Shown here piece by piece: positions 8,979 through 17,759 of a stretch of 64,000 nt of DNA. The translations under genes were made by a program, and so were the position numbers. A model generated the notes under the pieces. The model was not told the origin of the DNA, searched no databases, and saw only the letters and a program-made list of their open reading frames with translations. Position 1 is the first letter of the stretch. Each line of letters starts with the position of its first letter. The DNA is from Alphaproteobacteria bacterium. Lineage in GTDB: Bacteria > Pseudomonadota > Alphaproteobacteria > MPNO01. Location of the stretch: assembly GCA_965242495.1 (NCBI GenBank), contig OZ251446.1, forward strand, positions 2,820,559-2,884,558, in the 5' to 3' direction.

Positions 8979-9824
8979 TCAGTCGGCGAAGCGCGCCGTC
9001 GCCGTCATCGCCGTCCCGCCGTCCGCGTCCGTCACCCACAGCTCGGCCGAGCGCCCATCCGCGCCCGGCCTGCCGGCGACGGTGAACGGCCCGGTGTCGT
9101 AGATCGGATAGCGGTTGTCGTAGTCGAACCCCGCGACGCGCCGCGCCGGCATCTCCCGCCGGCACAGTTCGAGCAGCAGCTGGGCTTCGAGCGTCCCGTG
9201 CACCATCAGCCCGGGCAGCCCCTCCGTCCGCATTGCGAAGTCGCGATCGAAATGGACGCGGTGGCTGTTGAACCGGACGGCGCCGTAACGGAACAACAGC
9301 AGCGGGGTGGGGTGGACGACGCGCCGCCAGGCGGGCGAGGCGGGCGCCGGCGTCTTCGCCGCCGGCGGCTCGTCGTCGAGATAGAGCATCGTCCGCTCTT
9401 CGACCACGGCGAGGCCGCGCTCGCAGGAGATGCGGTTGCGGAGGTCGAGATATACCGCCGGGCCGTCCGCCGCCTGCTCGATCCGCAGGTCGGCCACCAC
9501 CGACTCGCGGGTCATCTCGTCGCCGATCCGCAGCGGTTCGTGGAACGTCATGCGCTCGCCGCCCAGCCGCTGGCGCGGCAAGGGGATCGCCGGGACCAGG
9601 CCGCCGCCCGCGGCCTGGCCGTCGGGGCGGGCCGCGGCCGACGGGTAGAGCGGGCTGAAGAACGCGGTATGCCATCCGGCCGGGATCGGATCGCCCGGCC
9701 GCGCCGCCGGCGCCGCCGCGTCGAGCGTCGCCGCGAGCCGCGCGATCGCCGCCGCGGTCACCGTATCGGTCGCCGCGGCGCTGTTTCCGACCGCCTGCTT
9801 CAGGTCGCCCAGCTCCGCCGTCAT
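8979..9824 (-). CDS. Hotdog-fold hydratase (FAS1-like dehydratase N-domain + MaoC-like C-domain; itaconyl/mesaconyl-CoA hydratase-like)
   Basis: Starts at MTAELGDLK (ATG at 9824). The C-terminal part has FRYGAVRFNSHRVHFD...GLMVHGTL, typical of MaoC dehydratases. The upstream 73 codons of the track ORF were rejected. Confidence 0.62.
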   Translation of the reverse strand: MTAELGDLKQAVGNSAAATDTVTAAAIARLAATLDAAAPAARPGDPIPAGWHTAFFSPLYPSAAARPDGQAAGGGLVPAIPLPRQRLGGERMTFHEPLRIGDEMTRESVVADLRIEQAADGPAVYLDLRNRISCERGLAVVEERTMLYLDDEPPAAKTPAPASPAWRRVVHPTPLLLFRYGAVRFNSHRVHFDRDFAMRTEGLPGLMVHGTLEAQLLLELCRREMPARRVAGFDYDNRYPIYDTGPFTVAGRPGADGRSAELWVTDADGGTAMTATARFAD

Positions 9825-9885
9825 GACGCCGCTCCCCGCAGTCGTTCGGGCAGGGTAGGCCATCGGCCGCCGGCGCGTCGAATCG

Positions 9886-9991
9886 GCGCGTTCGACCGGC
9901 GCTTTTGAGTCCGCGGCGCGGCCAAAGCCTCGAACGCTTCCTCCATCTCTTTCGAGCGCGTTCGATCGGCGCTTTTGAGTCCGCGGCGCGG
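9886..9991. promoter_or_regulatory. Two 36-bp direct repeats, 70 bp apart, in a divergent promoter region
   Basis: GCGCGTTCGA(C/T)CGGCGCTTTTGAGTCCGCGGCGCGG occurs at 9886-9921 and 9956-9991 with 35/36 positions identical. It lies between the hydratase start (9824, minus) and the aldolase start (10055, plus). Confidence 0.6.
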
Positions 9992-10054
9992 GCCGGGGTA
10001 GACTCGTCGCTCCGGCCGGCCGTCGGGCGCCGGCCATCGTCATGCGGGGGAGCC

Positions 10055-10837
10055 ATGGGCGCGGTTGCGAACCCGGCGCGCGAGCGTCTGGAGAAGGGCG
10101 AGCTGGCGATCGGCATGGGGCTGCGCCAGGCGCGCACCGTCGATATCGCCAAGGCGGCGAAGACCTGCGGCTACGACTGGCTGTTCATCGACCTCGAGCA
10201 CAACGCGATGTCGATCGACGGCGCGGCGCAGATTTCCGTCGCCGCGCTCGATGCCGGAATCGCGCCCATCGTGCGGACGCCGTGGATGGAGCACTGGATC
10301 GCGACCCGCGCCCTCGACGGCGGCGCGCTGGGCGTGGTGATGCCGCACGTCGACACCGCCGAGGAAGCGCGCATCGTCGTGGACCGGCTCAAATACCCGC
10401 CGGTCGGCCATCGCTCGGTCGCCGGCAGCTTGCCGCAGCTCGACTTCGCGCCGGGGGCGATCGGCGACGCCATCGAAGCCGTCAACGCCGCGACGCTGAT
10501 CGTGGTGATGGTCGAGACCCCGGCCGCGGTCGCCAACGCCGACGCCATCGCCGCGGTCGAAGGCGTCGACGTCCTGCTGATCGGGACCGGCGACCTCACC
10601 GCCGAGATGGGCATTCCCGGCGCGCTGGGCGACGACCGCGTCGCCGACGCCTACGCGACCGTGATCGCCGCCTGCCGCAAGCACGGCAAATGGCCCGGCA
10701 TGGGCGGGGTGTATGCCGACGACCTGCTCGCCCGCTATATCGGCATGGGGATGCGCATGATCCTGGCCGGCTCCGACCTGAGCTTCATGATGGCCGCGGC
10801 GAAGCTGCGGTCCGAATCCGTCCGCGCCTGCCGTTAG
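10055..10837 (+). CDS. HpcH/HpaI-family class II aldolase
   Basis: GYDWLFIDLEHNAMS...VRTPW...VMPHVDTAEEA...VMVETPAAV...LIGTGDL match the HpcH_HpaI pattern. Confidence 0.8.
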   Translation: MGAVANPARERLEKGELAIGMGLRQARTVDIAKAAKTCGYDWLFIDLEHNAMSIDGAAQISVAALDAGIAPIVRTPWMEHWIATRALDGGALGVVMPHVDTAEEARIVVDRLKYPPVGHRSVAGSLPQLDFAPGAIGDAIEAVNAATLIVVMVETPAAVANADAIAAVEGVDVLLIGTGDLTAEMGIPGALGDDRVADAYATVIAACRKHGKWPGMGGVYADDLLARYIGMGMRMILAGSDLSFMMAAAKLRSESVRACR

Positions 10838-11876
10838 CCCGCGCCTCGGCTGCGATCAGCCCGTCGATCACCCGCCGCGCCGCGATCCGGCCGGCGTCGA
10901 CGCGGGTGTCGACGGTCGGGCGGCGGTCCCGGTTCCGCTGCTGCATCTCCAGGACCTCCCAGTCCTGGCGGAACGCCCGGAGGATCTGTTCGAACTGCAT
11001 GTTCGTCCGCTCCTCGGTGATCGGGGCGAGGTTGCAGGCGTTCGACCAGAAGTAATGGCAGGAGGCCTCGGTCTCCGGGGTGATGAAGTTGAGGTTGCGG
11101 AAGGCGAATCCGTTGGCCGGGACCGGGTGGTCCAGCTCGGCGAAGCCGAACGTCCGTCCGCCCGCGGCGCCCGGCGCCGCGCCGACCAGCAGCCGCACCG
11201 CGCCGGGCGGGCGGAATTCGTTGATCGCCCAGCGGTCCACCAGGTCGTCTTCGGTCCAGCCCATCATCTTGCGATAGGTCGGCGGAGCCGGATGGCCGAC
11301 CGTCCAGCGCGCCGCCGTCACCGCGTCTCCTCTCTTGAAGATCCGCGTGTCGGCATGTTCGGCGATCGCCGCATCGCCGATCGTGGTCGCGTGGACATAG
11401 GCCAGATGCGACTGGTCGAGCAGGTTGTCGATCAGCAGCCGGTAATCGGCCTCGACGTGGAAGCGAGCGCCCTTGTCGCCCCAGGCCTCGCTCTCGCGCC
11501 AGGGAAAGGGGACGATCGCCGAGTCGTCGGCCGCCGCCGGATCGCCCATCCAGACCCAGATCCACCGGTATCTCTCGACCACCGGATAGACCCGCACCCG
11601 CGCCCCCGGCGGGACCGCCGATCCGTCCGCGGCGCCGACGCAGGCCCCCGACGGGTCGAACGCCAGCCCGTGATAGCGGCAGTGGAGGCGGTCGCCGACC
11701 GGCCTTCCCCGGCTGAGCGGCATCCGCCGATGGGGGCAGCGGTCCTCGAACGCGATCGGCTGGCCCTGCGCCCCGCGCCAGAGCGCCACGCGCTCGCCGA
11801 GCAGGACGCGCCCCAGCGGCGCGCGTCCGATCTCCTCCGCCTCGGCCGCGACGTACCAGCAATTCCTCGGAAACAT
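10785..11876 (-). CDS. Rieske [2Fe-2S] aromatic-ring monooxygenase, VanA-like oxygenase component
   Basis: NCWYVAA start, Rieske motif CPHRRMPLS...CRYHGLAF, and a catalytic-domain NLLDQSHLAYVH. The 3' end overlaps the convergent aldolase gene by 53 nt. Confidence 0.8.
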   Translation of the reverse strand: MFPRNCWYVAAEAEEIGRAPLGRVLLGERVALWRGAQGQPIAFEDRCPHRRMPLSRGRPVGDRLHCRYHGLAFDPSGACVGAADGSAVPPGARVRVYPVVERYRWIWVWMGDPAAADDSAIVPFPWRESEAWGDKGARFHVEADYRLLIDNLLDQSHLAYVHATTIGDAAIAEHADTRIFKRGDAVTAARWTVGHPAPPTYRKMMGWTEDDLVDRWAINEFRPPGAVRLLVGAAPGAAGGRTFGFAELDHPVPANGFAFRNLNFITPETEASCHYFWSNACNLAPITEERTNMQFEQILRAFRQDWEVLEMQQRNRDRRPTVDTRVDAGRIAARRVIDGLIAAEARANGRRGRIRTAASPRPS

Positions 11877-11993
11877 CGCCGCCGCGCCCCGCCGCGCTCG
11901 TCGTCCGCCGGATTATCCCCGCCCGCGCGGGGCGGTCAACAAACCCGCTGCGGCGCGCTATCCTGTCCGCGCAATCCCGCGGGAGCCCCGACG

Positions 11994-12917
11994 TTGAAGC
12001 TCGCGATCCCCGACCTGATCTCCAACTCCTATCTGCCGGCCGTCGCCGCGGCCGAGCTCGGCTTCTTCGCCGCCGAGGGGCTCGACGTAACCCATGAGTT
12101 GATCTTCCCGGTCGACGCCTCCTACCGGGCGCTCCGCGACGGCGAGGTCGATTTCGTCGGCGGGTCGGCGCATTCCGTGCTGGCGGCGTTTCCCGAATGG
12201 CGCGGCGCCAAGCTGGTCTGCGCCCTCTCCCAGGGGATGTACTGGTTCCTGGTGCTGCGCGCCGATCTCGGCGCTGCGCGGGGCGAGGTCGGCGCCGTCA
12301 AGGGGCTGCGGATCGGCGCCGCGCCCTGGGTCGAGCTGGGGCTCCGGCGTCTGCTCGTCGAGGCTGGGCTCGACGTCGAGCGCGACCGGATAACGATCGC
12401 CCCGGTCCCCGGAACCGGAGCGCGCGACGCCTCCTTCGGCGTCGCCGCGGCGAAGGCGCTGGAAGACGGCCTGATCGACGGCTTCTGGGCCAACGGCATG
12501 GGCGCCGAGGTCGCGGTCCGGCGCGGCGTCGGCGCGGTCGTCCTCGATGTGCGCCGGGGCGACGGCCCCGCCGCCGCCTTCCACTACACCTGCCCGGTGC
12601 TGGTGACGACCGACCGGTTGATCGAGCGCGCCCCGGAGGATGCGGCCCGCGCCGTGCGGGGCGTCGTGCGCGCGCTCCGGGCCTTGCGCGACGACGCGAA
12701 CCGCGCGGCCGAGGTCGGCCGCCGGCTGTTCCCGCCTGCGGAAGCCGGGATGATCGCCCGGGTCGTGGCGCGCGACCTGCCGTTCTATGACGCCTCGCTG
12801 TCCGAGGCCTGCATCCGCGGCGTCAACCGGTTCGCGCGCGACATGGGGCTGCTCGCGGCCGATGCGGCCTATGACGACGTCGTCGCGGCGCAGTTCGCCC
12901 CGCTCTGGGCCGGTTAG
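11994..12917 (+). CDS. NMT1/THI5-like (NitT/TauT-type) substrate-binding-protein homologue without a signal peptide
   Basis: Starts LKLAIPDLISNSYLPAVAA (TTG at 11994). It resembles SBPs throughout. There is no hydrophobic leader, and the upstream 313 codons of the track ORF are antisense to the Rieske gene. Confidence 0.58.
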   Translation: MKLAIPDLISNSYLPAVAAAELGFFAAEGLDVTHELIFPVDASYRALRDGEVDFVGGSAHSVLAAFPEWRGAKLVCALSQGMYWFLVLRADLGAARGEVGAVKGLRIGAAPWVELGLRRLLVEAGLDVERDRITIAPVPGTGARDASFGVAAAKALEDGLIDGFWANGMGAEVAVRRGVGAVVLDVRRGDGPAAAFHYTCPVLVTTDRLIERAPEDAARAVRGVVRALRALRDDANRAAEVGRRLFPPAEAGMIARVVARDLPFYDASLSEACIRGVNRFARDMGLLAADAAYDDVVAAQFAPLWAG

Positions 12918-12998
12918 CCCGGCCCGGCGGCGCGCTGCGTTTCGCGCCGGCCGTGCTATAGTCCGGGCGCTTCCGCCCATCCTCGGGGACGCATTCCC

Positions 12999-13292
12999 AT
13001 GCGCGTCGACTTCGAACGGCTGATTCAACACGACATGAGCGACGAATGCCCGGTCTGTCGGGCGCAGGACATCGTCTCGATCGCGCTCGTCCCGGCCGCG
13101 GCGTCGTGGGAGGCCAGCAACGAACTGCCGCACTTCTCGATCGCGCTGCACGGCGCGGCCGAGCTGCTGGGGGCGATGCTCCAGGAGGGCGTGCCGCGCG
13201 ACGCGATCGAGTCGGCGGTGGGCGAGCTGTTGGACGACATCGAGCTGCGCATCGCCGAGGACAAGGTCGGCGCGCCGCAGGGGACCGCCTGA
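12999..13292 (+). CDS. Hypothetical small acidic protein (97 aa)
   Basis: ATG start, ordinary amino-acid composition and high GC3. I recognise no family. Confidence 0.4.
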   Translation: MRVDFERLIQHDMSDECPVCRAQDIVSIALVPAAASWEASNELPHFSIALHGAAELLGAMLQEGVPRDAIESAVGELLDDIELRIAEDKVGAPQGTA

Positions 13293-13383
13293 CGGTCGCC
13301 TCCGATTCGCCGAAGAACGACGGCGCGCTCCGTCGTCGCCGCGGCCGCCCCCTTCGGCGTCGGCCGCGACCGGCGCCCGCGGG

Positions 13384-14388
13384 TCAACGCCCGCCTTTGG
13401 CGAACAGCCGGGCCGCGTTGGCGCCGAAGATGCGCCGCCGGGCGTCGTCGTCGTCGAAGCTCCGCCGGACGAAGCCCACCGGGTCGGGCTCGCCCAGCGG
13501 AAACGGACCGTCGCTCCCCATGACGAAGCGATCGAGGCCCACGGCCTCGGCGGCGTAGCGCAGATAGCCCGGATCGAAACAGATCGTGTCGAACCACAAC
13601 CGCTCGAGATAGCTCCCCACCGCGCCGCTCACCGCGGCGGCGAGGGCCGGATTGGCGTCGACCTCGCGCTGCATCCGGGCGCGCAGCAGCAGCGCGAAGC
13701 CGCCGGTATGGGCGATGCACAGCTTGAGCGTCGGGTAGCGGTCGAGCAGACCGCCGAAGATCATGTGGAAGACGTTGAGCGTCGAATCGAACAGATAGCC
13801 GCCGACCACCGCGAGCTCGTGCTTCGCCATCCGTTCGCGCCCGGCCGGGTTCGCCGGATGGACGAACAGCGGCGCGTCGAGCTCGACCGCGGCGTCGAAG
13901 ACGGGCGCGAAGACGGCGTCGTCGAGATAACGTCCGCCGACGTTGGAAGCCACGTGGCCGCCGTCGAGGCCGAGCGCGCCCACGCCGCGGCGCAGTTCGT
14001 CCGCCGCGGCTTCCGGGGCCTGCATCGGCAGGAACGCCCAGCCGCCGAACCGGTCCGGCGCCTCCGCGGTCAGGGCCGCGAGTTCGTCGTTGAACAGCAG
14101 CGCGGCGCGGATCGAAGGCTCCGCCGGCGCGTCGTAGTCGATCAGCGGCGTCGCCAGCGACAGCACGCTGCGCTCGATGCCGAGCGAGTCCATGCGCGCC
14201 CGCTGACGGTCGGGATCGAAGAACGTCCGGTTGAGGTCGAAGGCCAGCGGCGTCGCCCGCCCGCGCCCGGTCTCGATGCGCACCGTCTCGCCGCCCCCGG
14301 ACTCGCGGCGGACTCCGAACGCCGGGTCGGCCTCGAGCAGGGCGAAATGGCGCGGCGGCGCGATGTGGCAGTGGATGTCGACGATCAT
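13384..14388 (-). CDS. Amidohydrolase_2 family decarboxylase/hydrolase (ACMSD/LigW-like)
   Basis: MIVDIHCHIAP (HxH), FVHPANP, CIAHTGG and GSDGPFP are family motifs. Confidence 0.8.
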   Translation of the reverse strand: MIVDIHCHIAPPRHFALLEADPAFGVRRESGGGETVRIETGRGRATPLAFDLNRTFFDPDRQRARMDSLGIERSVLSLATPLIDYDAPAEPSIRAALLFNDELAALTAEAPDRFGGWAFLPMQAPEAAADELRRGVGALGLDGGHVASNVGGRYLDDAVFAPVFDAAVELDAPLFVHPANPAGRERMAKHELAVVGGYLFDSTLNVFHMIFGGLLDRYPTLKLCIAHTGGFALLLRARMQREVDANPALAAAVSGAVGSYLERLWFDTICFDPGYLRYAAEAVGLDRFVMGSDGPFPLGEPDPVGFVRRSFDDDDARRRIFGANAARLFAKGGR

Positions 14389-14522
14389 GGGGTCCGATCC
14401 CGTCGCGGCTGCGCAGTATGGGCGAAGCGCCCTCCGGGCGCGCGCGAAATCGATGGACTATGGCCGCCGTCCGGGCGACTCTGCGCCGGCCAGCGATCGG
14501 CGGGCGGGACCGAGGAGTCGGC

Positions 14523-16904
14523 ATGACCGCATCCCCGCGGCGGACCAGGGTCCGCACCGGCGCCCATTGGGGCATGTACGAAGCCGAAGTCGAGGATGGC
14601 CGGCTGGTCGCCGCCGCGCCGTTCGCGGGCGATCCCGATCCCAGCCCGATCGTCGCCGCCATGCCGAGCGCCGTCCATGCCGAATGCCGCGTCGAGCGGC
14701 CGATGGTGCGCAAGGGGTGGCTGGACCGCGGCGTCGACGGCGGCGGCGCGGGCCGCGGCGTCGAACCCTTCGTCCCGGTGACCTGGGACCAAGCCCTCGA
14801 CCTCGTGGCCGGCGAGCTCCGGCGCGTCAAGACCCGTTACGGCAACGAGGCGATCTACGCCTGTTCCGGCTGGGCGAGCGCGGGCGCCTTCCACCAGGCC
14901 CATGCCCAGCTCCACCGCTTCCTGAACTGCTTCGGCGGCGCCATCGGCTCGGTCACCAACTGGAGCTTCGGGGCCGCCAGCGTCATCGTGCCCCGCGTCG
15001 TCGGCACAATGGAGCCGGTGGTCGGGCGGATCACCTCCTGGCCCACGATCGCCGCGCATAGCGACATGATGGTCCTGTTCGGCGGCATCGCGCCCAAGAA
15101 CGCGCAGGTCAACATGTACGGCATCGGCCGCCACGAAACCGCGGGTTGGCTGCGGCGGGTCGCCGAGGCGGGAGTCGAGCTGGTCAGCATCAGCCCGATT
15201 CGCGACGACGCGGCGGCTTGCCCCGGGGCCGAATGGCTGCCGATCCGCCCCAACGCCGACACCGCCCTGATGCTCGGGTTGATGCACACGCTGGTCGCCG
15301 AGGAGCTGCACGACCGGGCGTTCCTCGACCGCTACTGCGTGAGCTTCGATCGCTTCCGCCGCTATCTGATGGGCGAGACCGACGGCGCGCCCAAGTCCGC
15401 CGAATGGGCCGCCGGCCTCGCCGAGATCGACGCCGGCGCGATCCGCGCCCTGGCCCGGCGCATGGCCGGCGCGCGCTGCCTGATCGCCGCGAGCTGGTCG
15501 GTCCAGCGCGCCGACCATGGCGAGCAGCCCTACTGGGCGTTGATCGCCCTGGCGGCGCTGCTCGGCCAGATCGGGCTGCCCGGCGGCGGGTTCGGGTTCG
15601 GCTACGGCGCCACCGGCACGCTCGGCGGGCCGCGGCCCAAGCTCCCGGCGCCGGCGCTGCCGACCGGCCGCAACCCGGTGGCGGCCTACATCCCGGTCGC
15701 CCGCCTCACCGACATGCTGCTCGCCCCCGGCGCGTCGTTCGACTTCAACGGCGAGCGGCTGACCTACCCGCACGCGCGGCTGATCTACTGGTGCGGCGGC
15801 AACCCCTTCCACAAGCAGCAGGACCTCAACCAGCTCGCCGCCGCGTGGCGCCGGCCCGAGACCGTCATCGTCCACGAGCCCTGGTGGACGCCGGCGGCGC
15901 GCCGGGCCGACGTCGTGCTCCCCTGCGCCACCACGGTCGAGCGCAACGACGTCGGCGGGTCGCCCTTCGACCGCTTCTGGTTCGCGATGCGGAAGGCGAT
16001 CGAGCCGGTCGGCGAGTCGCGGACCGAATACGACATCTATACCGCCCTCGCCGAACGGCTGGGGTTCGCCGACGCCTTCACCGAGGGGCGCAGCGAGATG
16101 GACTGGCTCCGCCATCTGTACGACGTCGCCCGCCAGGCCGCCGCGGCGCAGCGCTTCGAGACGCCCGGCTTCGACGAGTTCTGGCGCGCCGGCCATTTCG
16201 AGTTCCCTCCGCCCGAAGACCCGCCGGTCCTGTTCTCGGAGTTCCGCGCCGATCCGGAGGGCAACCCTCTCAAGACCCCGTCGGGCAGGATCGAGCTCTT
16301 CTCCGAGACCATCGACGGCTTCGGCTACGACGATTGCCCGGGCCATCCGGTCTGGTTGGAGCCCGGCGAATGGCTGGGCGCGGACCGCGCCGCGGTCTAT
16401 CCGCTGCATCTGATCTCCAACCAGCCGCGCTGGCGGCTGCACAGCCAGCTCGATTGCGGCGAGGTGAGCCGCGCCGCCAAGGTCGCCGGGCGGGAGCCGA
16501 TCCGCATCAACCGCGCCGACGCCGCGGCGCGCGGCATCGCCGATGGCGATCTGGTGCGGGTCTACAACGACCGCGGCGCCTGCCTCGCCGGGGCCTGCGT
16601 GACCGACGACGTCCGGCCGGGCGTGGCGCAGCTCGCGACCGGCGCCTGGTACGACCCGCACGATCCCGCCGAGGTCGGCAGCATCGATCTCCACGGCAAC
16701 CCCAACGTGCTCACCCGCAACAAGGGCACGTCCCGCCTCGCCCAGAGCTGCTCGGCGCAATCCACCCTGGTCGAGGTCGAGCGCTGCGGCGCCGAGGCGC
16801 CTCCGGTCGCCGCGTTCGACCCCCCGGCTTTCGTCGAAGCCCCAAGCGTGGATCCTCGGGGCTTGGATCCTCGGGATGCGGATCGCCAGACTCAGGACCT
16901 GTAA
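14523..16904 (+). CDS. Cytoplasmic bis-MGD molybdoenzyme of the BisC/TorA/DMSO-reductase family (biotin-sulfoxide/N-oxide reductase-like)
   Basis: Starts at MTASPRRTRVRTGAHWGMY (ATG at 14523) with no twin-arginine leader. WDQALDLVAGELRRV, NWSFGAASV, QPYWALIAL and HLISNQPRWRLHSQ are typical of this family. Confidence 0.8.
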   Translation: MTASPRRTRVRTGAHWGMYEAEVEDGRLVAAAPFAGDPDPSPIVAAMPSAVHAECRVERPMVRKGWLDRGVDGGGAGRGVEPFVPVTWDQALDLVAGELRRVKTRYGNEAIYACSGWASAGAFHQAHAQLHRFLNCFGGAIGSVTNWSFGAASVIVPRVVGTMEPVVGRITSWPTIAAHSDMMVLFGGIAPKNAQVNMYGIGRHETAGWLRRVAEAGVELVSISPIRDDAAACPGAEWLPIRPNADTALMLGLMHTLVAEELHDRAFLDRYCVSFDRFRRYLMGETDGAPKSAEWAAGLAEIDAGAIRALARRMAGARCLIAASWSVQRADHGEQPYWALIALAALLGQIGLPGGGFGFGYGATGTLGGPRPKLPAPALPTGRNPVAAYIPVARLTDMLLAPGASFDFNGERLTYPHARLIYWCGGNPFHKQQDLNQLAAAWRRPETVIVHEPWWTPAARRADVVLPCATTVERNDVGGSPFDRFWFAMRKAIEPVGESRTEYDIYTALAERLGFADAFTEGRSEMDWLRHLYDVARQAAAAQRFETPGFDEFWRAGHFEFPPPEDPPVLFSEFRADPEGNPLKTPSGRIELFSETIDGFGYDDCPGHPVWLEPGEWLGADRAAVYPLHLISNQPRWRLHSQLDCGEVSRAAKVAGREPIRINRADAAARGIADGDLVRVYNDRGACLAGACVTDDVRPGVAQLATGAWYDPHDPAEVGSIDLHGNPNVLTRNKGTSRLAQSCSAQSTLVEVERCGAEAPPVAAFDPPAFVEAPSVDPRGLDPRDADRQTQDL

Positions 16905-16988
16905 CGGGAGACAGTGACCGCGGCGGGCAACGAAAATTCATAGTTGGCGTATGCTTGTATTCGGCCCGTCGATATTGGGAGTCAAGCG

Positions 16989-17312
16989 GTGAAGAGCACG
17001 ATCTGGATAAGTTACGACCTCGGCGTAAATGGCGACTACGAAGGCATGTATGCGTGGCTGGACAACCACGGCGCGAAGGAGTGCGGTTCCAGCGTCGCCT
17101 TCGTAAAGCCATACGACTACGACGGCGAAGACCTGATGCAGGCATTGGAGTGCGACATCCGAGACACCGTCAAGATCGACAAGCGGACGAGAATCTATGT
17201 GATTCGGAGGGTCGATGGTAAGGAGAAAGGGGGGTTTCTCTTTGGCCGCCGGAAGGGGGCTCCTTGGGATGGCTATGGCCAGCAAGGCGATACCTTTGAC
17301 GACGAAGCGTGA
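16989..17312 (+). CDS. Hypothetical 107-aa protein with a Cas2/VapD-like sequence pattern
   Basis: GTG at 16989 lies 7 nt after GGGAG; the track's TTG at 16944 is an alternative start. The pattern IWISYDL / YEGMYAWLDNHG / AKECGSSVAFV / DLMQALECDIRDTV / RIYVIRR follows the Cas2 strand-helix order. The gene sits in a low-GC islet. The fold assignment is my inference only. Confidence 0.45.
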   Translation: MKSTIWISYDLGVNGDYEGMYAWLDNHGAKECGSSVAFVKPYDYDGEDLMQALECDIRDTVKIDKRTRIYVIRRVDGKEKGGFLFGRRKGAPWDGYGQQGDTFDDEA

Positions 17313-17321
17313 CCTGCGAAC

Positions 17322-17759
17322 ATGAACGGAGCTTTGCTGGCCGATACGGGCTACCTCATTGCGCTCTACGACGAAAGGGACGAGCACTACGCAGTGGCGC
17401 AACGCAATAAGCGCTTGCTGGATTTACACCCTGTGGTCCTGCCTTGGCCCGTTCTTTACGAGACGATCAATACGAGATTCGCGAGGAGGCCGAGCGTCTT
17501 GACGCGCATAGACTCGATAATTGCCAAGGCGGACACGCTCCTCCTGGACGATTCTCCGTATCGCGAGGGCGCCTATCGGCAGCTGCGGCGGACCTCCCGC
17601 AAGCGTCCACTGAGCCTCGTCGACGCGGTTCTCCGTGCAGTCATTGAAGACGAGAACGTGCGCATCTCCGGGCTGCTGACCTTCAACGCAAAGGACTTCC
17701 TCGATCTTTGCTACCCGCGCCATGTGGACTTACCGTGTCAGAACGCTCGCACGACATGA
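17322..17759 (+). CDS. PIN-domain ribonuclease (VapC-like)
   Basis: LLADTGYLIAL (N-terminal Asp), VLYETI (Glu), SLVDAVLRAV (Asp) and a C-terminal TFNAKDF. It starts 9 nt after the upstream stop and shares the low-GC composition. Confidence 0.75.
   Translation: MNGALLADTGYLIALYDERDEHYAVAQRNKRLLDLHPVVLPWPVLYETINTRFARRPSVLTRIDSIIAKADTLLLDDSPYREGAYRQLRRTSRKRPLSLVDAVLRAVIEDENVRISGLLTFNAKDFLDLCYPRHVDLPCQNARTT

Noticed and set aside
14385-16760. 791-aa minus-strand ORF
   Set aside because: It is antisense to the bis-MGD molybdoenzyme gene, has low-complexity composition, and has no recognisable domain.
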